NCBI GenBank assembly: GCA_041677245.1
Contig: JBAYQJ010000007.1
Location: forward strand, 50,861-114,860
Reading direction: 5' to 3'
Source: Spongiibacteraceae bacterium
GTDB lineage: Bacteria > Pseudomonadota > Gammaproteobacteria > Pseudomonadales > Dasaniaceae
Length of the DNA stretch: 64,000 bases
Positions 59,234 to 64,000 of this stretch are shown one piece after another. Made by a program: the position numbers and the translations under genes. A model generated the notes under the pieces. The model ran no database searches and was not told the origin of the DNA. It saw only the letters and a program-made list of their open reading frames with translations. The stretch's first letter is position 1, and every line of letters starts with the position of its first letter.

Positions 59234-59521
59234 ATGGCAAACGAAGGCTATCATGAACCTATAAGCGAGCTTTCTGATGAGACAAGAGATATGCATAGAG
59301 CTATCACTTCGCTGATGGAAGAGTTAGAAGCGGTTGATTGGTACAATCAGCGTGTCGACGCTTGCAAGGATGACGACCTGAGGCAGATTTTAATTCATAA
59401 CCGGGATGAAGAAAAAGAGCACGCGGCCATGGTGTTGGAGTGGATCCGTCGTAAGGATTCCACCTTCGACGGTGAATTAAAAGATTATCTATTTACTGAT
59501 AAACCCATAGCGCACAAATAA
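59234..59521 (+). CDS. EncFtn-type (encapsulated-ferritin-like) mini-ferritin without an obvious targeting peptide
   Basis: HEPISELSDETRDMHRAITSLMEELEAVDWYNQRVDA...HNRDEEKEHAAMVLEWIRRKD...YLFTDKPI closely resembles the Rhodospirillum rubrum EncFtn core as I remember it. The protein ends right after the core. Confidence 0.7.
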   Translation: MANEGYHEPISELSDETRDMHRAITSLMEELEAVDWYNQRVDACKDDDLRQILIHNRDEEKEHAAMVLEWIRRKDSTFDGELKDYLFTDKPIAHK

Positions 59522-59573
59522 TCATGCGTGATTAATCGCTCTGGAAAATATTGAATCAGCACTCGAGAGGGGT

Positions 59574-59936
59574 ATGGCCATGGATGCGACTAAGCGCCCG
59601 GTGAATAAGCACAAGGCTTATCATGCTCATGTGTATTTTGATCGGGATAGTTTGCAGTTTGCATCAGGCTTGTGCGCGCAGGCCAGTGAATTGTTTGGTT
59701 TGCAGGTCGGCCGGGTGCATCAGCGTCTGGTTGGCCCGCATCCAAGGTGGAGTTGCCAAATTAGCTTTGCCAGCAAACACTTTGCTGATTTCATCGCTTG
59801 GCTTGACAATCACCGTAATGGTTTGACGATATTAGTACACGGTTTAACGGGTGATGATTTACAAGATCATACCGAGTATGCCTATTGGCTTGGTAAGGAG
59901 CTGGAGCTAAATTTGGCTTTGTTTAAACGGAATTAG
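59574..59936 (+). CDS. DOPA 4,5-dioxygenase-family (DodA-like) small protein
   Basis: 120 aa with KAYHAHVYFD near the N-terminus, plus later GPHP and HGLTGD blocks typical of that family. Confidence 0.6.
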   Translation: MAMDATKRPVNKHKAYHAHVYFDRDSLQFASGLCAQASELFGLQVGRVHQRLVGPHPRWSCQISFASKHFADFIAWLDNHRNGLTILVHGLTGDDLQDHTEYAYWLGKELELNLALFKRN

Positions 59937-60088
59937 TATCGACAGAATCAAAAATAGTGGGCGGTGAAGTGCGCCATTGGAGGGTGGAGACAATATCGGT
60001 GTGTAGAAAAATATTTTGAAGGAGCGAGCTTTACTCCTTGTCATGCTGGTTTTGATGATCTGGTTAGGTATTAATTCAGGAGAAATAC

Positions 60089-60814
60089 GTGTCGGAACGG
60101 AATAGAATTGCACTTCTTATAGACTGCGATAACGTAAGCCATAACTCGATAGAAGGAGTGATTGAAGAGCTATCCAGGTTTGGTATGGTTAATGTCCGGC
60201 ATGCACACGGAGATTGGAATAGCTCTTCGTTATCAGGATGGATTGATAAGTTACACCCTCATGCAATTCGCCCCATGCAGCAATTTGCGTATACCAAGGG
60301 GAAAAATGCCACCGATTCGGCCATGATTATTGATGCGATGGATCTTCTGTATAGCGGCACAGTAGATGCATTTGCGCTAATGACCAGTGATAGTGATTTT
60401 ACACCCTTGGTGATGAGGTTGCTTGAAAGTGGTCTTCCGGTATATGGCTTCGGCGAGAAGAAAACCCCGCAACCATTTGTCGATGCTTGTTCGACCTTTA
60501 TTTACACTGAAAATCTCGCTAAAGAAAAAGAAGATAAAGTTGGCAGCAAGCCGTCGGTAAAGTCAGGAAAGGCAAAGCTGAGGCAGGATGCTGCATTGGT
60601 AAAGCTATTGCGTACTGCAGTGGAGCAAACATCAGATGATGATGATTGGGCCCTAATGAGTAAAGTAGGGATGTATATTTCAAATAATAGTTCGTTTTCG
60701 CCTGTTAATTATGGTTATAAAAAGCTGGGTGATTTAATTCGGGCAACAGAACTATTTGATACTGAAATGAGAAACGATGGTAAGTCTCTATACATCAAAG
60801 ATGCTCGAAAATAA
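60089..60814 (+). CDS. NYN (LabA-like) domain protein with C-terminal OST-HTH/LOTUS domain
   Basis: IALLIDCDNVS, GKNATDSAMIIDAMDLLY and FALMTSDSDFTPLVMRLLESG (NYN acidic residues). C-terminal LVKLLRTAVEQTSDDDDWALMSKVGMYI...YGYKKLGDLI (LOTUS-like). GTG start. Confidence 0.8.
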   Translation: MSERNRIALLIDCDNVSHNSIEGVIEELSRFGMVNVRHAHGDWNSSSLSGWIDKLHPHAIRPMQQFAYTKGKNATDSAMIIDAMDLLYSGTVDAFALMTSDSDFTPLVMRLLESGLPVYGFGEKKTPQPFVDACSTFIYTENLAKEKEDKVGSKPSVKSGKAKLRQDAALVKLLRTAVEQTSDDDDWALMSKVGMYISNNSSFSPVNYGYKKLGDLIRATELFDTEMRNDGKSLYIKDARK

Positions 60815-60916
60815 ATTGTTACAGAGCATTTTTAAGTCATGTCTATTGCTTGAGGGTATCATCGCGTCGCGCAGACTTGAGCTACAATAAAATTATTATT
60901 TTTAAATTAATGGATT

Positions 60917-60942
60917 GAAAAAAGCCGAGCTAACTCGGCTTT
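60917..60942 (-). terminator. rho-independent terminator after the PEP-CTERM gene
   Basis: The minus strand reads AAGCCGAG ttag CTCGGCTT TTTTCAA. Confidence 0.7.
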
Positions 60943-60970
60943 GGTGCTTACATTGAGGTTATCTTTAGTA

Positions 60971-61741
60971 TTAAGCAGAGCGACGACGTGAGACAACCAG
61001 TCCGGCCAAGCCAAACGCAAGTAGAGCGATGGTAGCTGGCTCTGGTACTGATGTAGATGCCAGCGTAACGTTATCAATACCCCAGCCGTCGTTGTTGCCA
61101 GTGCCATTATCAAACAACAAGGTTGCACTGTTAATTAGCGAGTCCGAGATAAAGTAAGCATACAGAAGATTGCCATTATTTAATGAGCTGTTTAATTGCT
61201 CAATGTACTCGCTGCCGTCATCAAATATTAGTTTGAGTGCTGCCCCTTGGTCGTTTGCATCAGACAGGTAAAAACCAAAGGCGTTGGCGCTATTTAGGCT
61301 GCTACCGATATTCCAGGTTACGCCGTCAGCATCGTTACTGTCGAGCCAGTTAGAGCTGTAATTTTGTTGGCGGCCGAATTCACCAGTGTTGCTGTTTTCA
61401 AGCATTAATAAGTCAGAGTAAACATCGTCGCGGCCAGGGTTTTCGGCATTGGTCATAGTGAATGAGCCAACGGAAGTGTGGAAGGATTCAGCAGCAAGTA
61501 GCCAGCTGTTTTGATTGTTTGAACCGTTGTTGGCGGCGACAATAGTGCCGCTAGTACTTAGGCTGCCGTCAAATGTTTCGGTAATATGGGTGCTGGTAAG
61601 GGCTAAAAAAGATGCCTCTGCAGTGCTAGCATTTATTGCGCCATAGGCAACGTTTGATTGGATGATTGCGGCCTGTGTTGCAGTGCTGCATAGTGTGGCA
61701 AGTGCTAAAAAAGCTACAGATTTGAAGCGTAATATATTCAC
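60971..61741 (-). CDS. PEP-CTERM sorting-domain secreted protein
   Basis: Signal peptide MNILRFKSVAFLALATLCSTATQA. C-terminal VPEPATIALLAFGLAGLVVSRRRSA gives PEP, then a TM segment, then a basic tail. Confidence 0.85.
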   Translation of the reverse strand: MNILRFKSVAFLALATLCSTATQAAIIQSNVAYGAINASTAEASFLALTSTHITETFDGSLSTSGTIVAANNGSNNQNSWLLAAESFHTSVGSFTMTNAENPGRDDVYSDLLMLENSNTGEFGRQQNYSSNWLDSNDADGVTWNIGSSLNSANAFGFYLSDANDQGAALKLIFDDGSEYIEQLNSSLNNGNLLYAYFISDSLINSATLLFDNGTGNNDGWGIDNVTLASTSVPEPATIALLAFGLAGLVVSRRRSA

Positions 61742-62040
61742 AATATTTTCCTTTTGTTGTTTGTTGTGGAGGCGCTCAGGCCGTCGATTAATAAATGATG
61801 TTGGGATTTAATATTCCATAGGTGGCGATAAAGCGAATACCGTGCCATCTTTTTATATCCTTGGTATATAAGGCGTGTGGCGTAGTTTGATGATTCTCGG
61901 ATTTAAGTTTTGTAAGGTATTCCGACAGGGTGTAGGGGTTGTCTCTAAATTTATATACCGTTAATCAAAGGTCTGTAGTAGCCTGAGAACTCCGGTTAGA
62001 AAACATGTGTAAACAATGGCAATATTGAGGGAGAGCTGAA

Positions 62041-62331
62041 ATGTCAACAACGACAAGTAAAGCAAGAGAAGAAGAGTTGGCTGCCAGTAAAGAGGCGGTA
62101 ATGGACGCTTACGATAAGTTATTGGAAGCTAAAAATCATTTTAAACTGGCTGCTGAAGCGGCTGGTGTCGATATTAAAGATGAGGCCGTTGAGCAGCTTC
62201 TAAAGGGACGAGCTAAAACCGAGGAGCTGGGTGAGCAGGCGTCTGTTTTTGTACGTGAAAAGCCGTTGGCTACTTTAGGTATTGCCTTTGTTACTGGTTA
62301 TATCGTGTCGCAACTATTTTCGCGCAGATGA
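62041..62331 (+). CDS. DUF883 / ElaB-YqjD family membrane-anchored protein
   Basis: Helical N-terminus and C-terminal anchor KPLATLGIAFVTGYIVSQLFSRR. Confidence 0.8.
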   Translation: MSTTTSKAREEELAASKEAVMDAYDKLLEAKNHFKLAAEAAGVDIKDEAVEQLLKGRAKTEELGEQASVFVREKPLATLGIAFVTGYIVSQLFSRR

Positions 62332-62756
62332 TTGAGTCGTCAGAATCAGAACATGCCGATGATAAAACTAAGCATGAGCCTGCCGATCAAGTAGAGCCGT
62401 TGCAGATATGGGCTGACTGGTTGCGAGATATAGCGACTATTGGTGCTGATACGCTGCAATTGTTACAGCTTGAAGTGCGACTCGCGATTAAGGATAGCAA
62501 GCGTTTACTAGTGCTGGCTTTGCTGTTTGTGCCTGTGCTCATGTTGACGTGGCTTGGTTTGGCGGTGTTGTTGGCCTGGTTGGTCTATTTGTTGGATTCA
62601 TCGGTAACGCAGGGCTTACTCGCTTTTTTGATTATTCATGTGGCTGCTTTAATCGGTATTGTTGTTGGCTGGCGGCATTATAGGAAAAGTTTAAGTTTGC
62701 CGCTGAGCAGACAGCATATTCGTCAGCTTATGGGAGGGCAGGACCATGACACGTAA
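62328..62756 (+). CDS. YqjE-like (holin-X / DUF1469-type) membrane protein
   Basis: LQLLQLEVRLAIKDSKRL followed by two TM helices. ATGA overlap with the preceding gene. Confidence 0.65.
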   Translation: MIESSESEHADDKTKHEPADQVEPLQIWADWLRDIATIGADTLQLLQLEVRLAIKDSKRLLVLALLFVPVLMLTWLGLAVLLAWLVYLLDSSVTQGLLAFLIIHVAALIGIVVGWRHYRKSLSLPLSRQHIRQLMGGQDHDT

Positions 62757-63015
62757 ATCCTTGCGCCGTGAAATTCAATTGCTAAGTCAGCATTTGACGC
62801 TGGAGCAAGCACGATTACAGATCAGCTGTGAGCGATCATCGGTGGCTTTAAAAAACATTAATCCTCTATTGATAGTAGGTGTTGGCTTATTCGCTGGTGT
62901 AGTTGTACGTACTATGGGGCTGCGGGGGGCTTATAACACTATTAGTGCGGGGTTTAGTGCTTACCCTTTGCTTGTTAATAATATACGCCGCTTACTGGAT
63001 TTGGGGCCTGGGTGA
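62746..63015 (+). CDS. YqjK-like small membrane protein
   Basis: 89 aa with a coiled N-terminus (LRREIQLLSQHLTLEQARLQ) and one TM. Its position as third gene matches the yqjD-E-K order. 11-nt overlap upstream. Confidence 0.55.
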   Translation: MTRKSLRREIQLLSQHLTLEQARLQISCERSSVALKNINPLLIVGVGLFAGVVVRTMGLRGAYNTISAGFSAYPLLVNNIRRLLDLGPG

Positions 63016-64000
63016 TGAGTGATGCGGGCATGGAACCGTCTACTGTAGACGAGAGTGCAGTAAACAAGCCATTAACCATTACCGCTGCGTCTGAGCGTTT
63101 TAGCTTTGCCAGTACAGGCTACGGATTACTGGCGCTGGCGCTTCTTTATACCTTGTATTTCGCCAAGTCTTTGCTAATGCCTATTGTTGTGGCGATGTTG
63201 TTTTCGTTGCTGCTTAGCCCGATGGTGGCACTATTTAAGCGCTTTTATGTTCCCCGTACTCTATCGGCAATCTTGTTATTGGCTATGATCGGTGGGCCGG
63301 TGACGGTATTGGTCATTAACTTGGCTGAGCCTGCGCAAAAATGGGGAGCACAGCTGCCTGAGCTTTCCTCGCATCTAATAGATGAGCTGGATAAGCTTAG
63401 CTCGGCATTAAGTCCTGATGCGGTGGCGGGGGTCGATGAGGGCGCGTCTGCTTCCAGGGAGAAAAATTCTGGCTGGTTTAGTTGGTTCAGTGATGAGGCG
63501 CCGGTCGCGGTTAAAGAGCCGGATGATAATGGCAGTAGCGCGCTTTCAGATCGTGTTATGCAAGGTGGTATCGAGGCGATGATATCTATATTGGGTGCGA
63601 CGCCTGTGGTCATTGCGCAGTTTATGACGTTTGTTATTTTAATATTGTTTTTATTGATTTTTGGTCCGGGTTTACATGACAGTTATTTAAAAACCTTCCC
63701 CAGTCGTCAGCCGGTTATTTTAATAAAAAAACTACAGAAAGAACTTTCTCGCTATATTGTCACCGTGACGGTGATCAATACGGGGCTGGGAATGTTTACT
63801 GCCGGTGTATTTTGGTTAATGGGTGTGGACGACGCGATACTTTGGGGGGCGCTGGTTGGTGTGCTCAACTTTGCGCCGTATGTCGGCCCTATTATCGCGC
63901 TTGTTATGCTCTGTTTGGCCGGTGTTACTCAGTATGGTGTGGGAATGTTTTCACTGATGCCAGCTGCAGTCTTTTTTGGTATTAATTTGCTAGAGGCGCA
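63015..64000 (+). CDS. AI-2E family transporter (PerM/UPF0118), 3' end cut by the window edge
   Basis: Absent from the track because there is no stop in the window. My translation from ATG 63015 is open to 64000: MSDAGMEPST...LLMPIVVAMLFSLLLSPMV...WGALVGVLNFAPYVGPIIAL (family LNF.PY.GP motif). The start overlaps the preceding stop (TGATG). Confidence 0.8.
   Translation, partial: MSDAGMEPSTVDESAVNKPLTITAASERFSFASTGYGLLALALLYTLYFAKSLLMPIVVAMLFSLLLSPMVALFKRFYVPRTLSAILLLAMIGGPVTVLVINLAEPAQKWGAQLPELSSHLIDELDKLSSALSPDAVAGVDEGASASREKNSGWFSWFSDEAPVAVKEPDDNGSSALSDRVMQGGIEAMISILGATPVVIAQFMTFVILILFLLIFGPGLHDSYLKTFPSRQPVILIKKLQKELSRYIVTVTVINTGLGMFTAGVFWLMGVDDAILWGALVGVLNFAPYVGPIIALVMLCLAGVTQYGVGMFSLMPAAVFFGINLLEA

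Noticed and set aside
63245-63613. 122-aa minus-strand ORF
   Set aside because: It is antisense to the AI-2E transporter gene, which is open from 63015 to the window end and carries the family motif.
1-64000. Search for CRISPR arrays, tRNA/rRNA genes, IS elements, integrases, integron attC sites and long direct repeats
   Set aside because: Visual reading found none: no regularly spaced repeats, no T-loop-like GGTTCGAAT motifs in a cloverleaf context, and no transposase- or integrase-like ORFs. This was a visual scan only, so short or degenerate elements could have been missed.

Overview
This is a mostly housekeeping chromosomal segment of a gammaproteobacterium. Protein families and local gene order resemble Pseudomonas and marine Cellvibrionales-like genomes; that is inference, since no search was run. 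I call about 57 protein genes. I saw no rRNA, tRNA, CRISPR array, transposase or integrase. Left to right: (1) a c-di-GMP and two-component signalling cluster (REC-PAS, HDOD-histidine kinase, MinD/ParA-like ATPase, two GGDEF cyclases) with a VIT1 transporter; (2) a putative uptake and catabolic island (molybdopterin oxidoreductase, TonB-dependent receptor, AraC regulator, APH-type kinase, three NTF2/limonene-epoxide-hydrolase-like proteins); (3) a visibly AT-rich islet carrying a T4-type GH24 lysozyme plus a lipoprotein, next to a 770-bp ORF-free stretch; (4) rluA, a TrmH-like methyltransferase, YkgJ and HPP genes; (5) a glyoxylate-shunt supercluster (glcB, LysR, aceA, rraA, LLM oxidoreductase, aceK); (6) carA-carB-greA with a leader hairpin, then csrA; (7) a permease/thioredoxin pair; (8) amiE-amiB without amiCRS; (9) nrdAB with a long upstream region; (10) argD-argF; (11) grxD, bfr, bfd and a peroxiredoxin with a Fur box; (12) an RND efflux pair; (13) a hydrolase and an aldo-keto reductase; (14) an orphan EncFtn-like mini-ferritin plus a DOPA-dioxygenase-like gene; (15) an NYN-LOTUS protein, a PEP-CTERM protein, a yqjDEK-like operon and a partial AI-2E transporter. 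I do not see a clear-cut new multi-gene system. The best candidates for follow-up are the orphan lysozyme/lipoprotein pair, the TonB/Mo-enzyme/NTF2 island, the HDOD-kinase/MinD-like/GGDEF cluster, a terminator-defined candidate sRNA between argD and grxD, and the encapsulin-less EncFtn homolog. All functional calls come from reading the translated ORFs and recalling family motifs. None has been verified by search.
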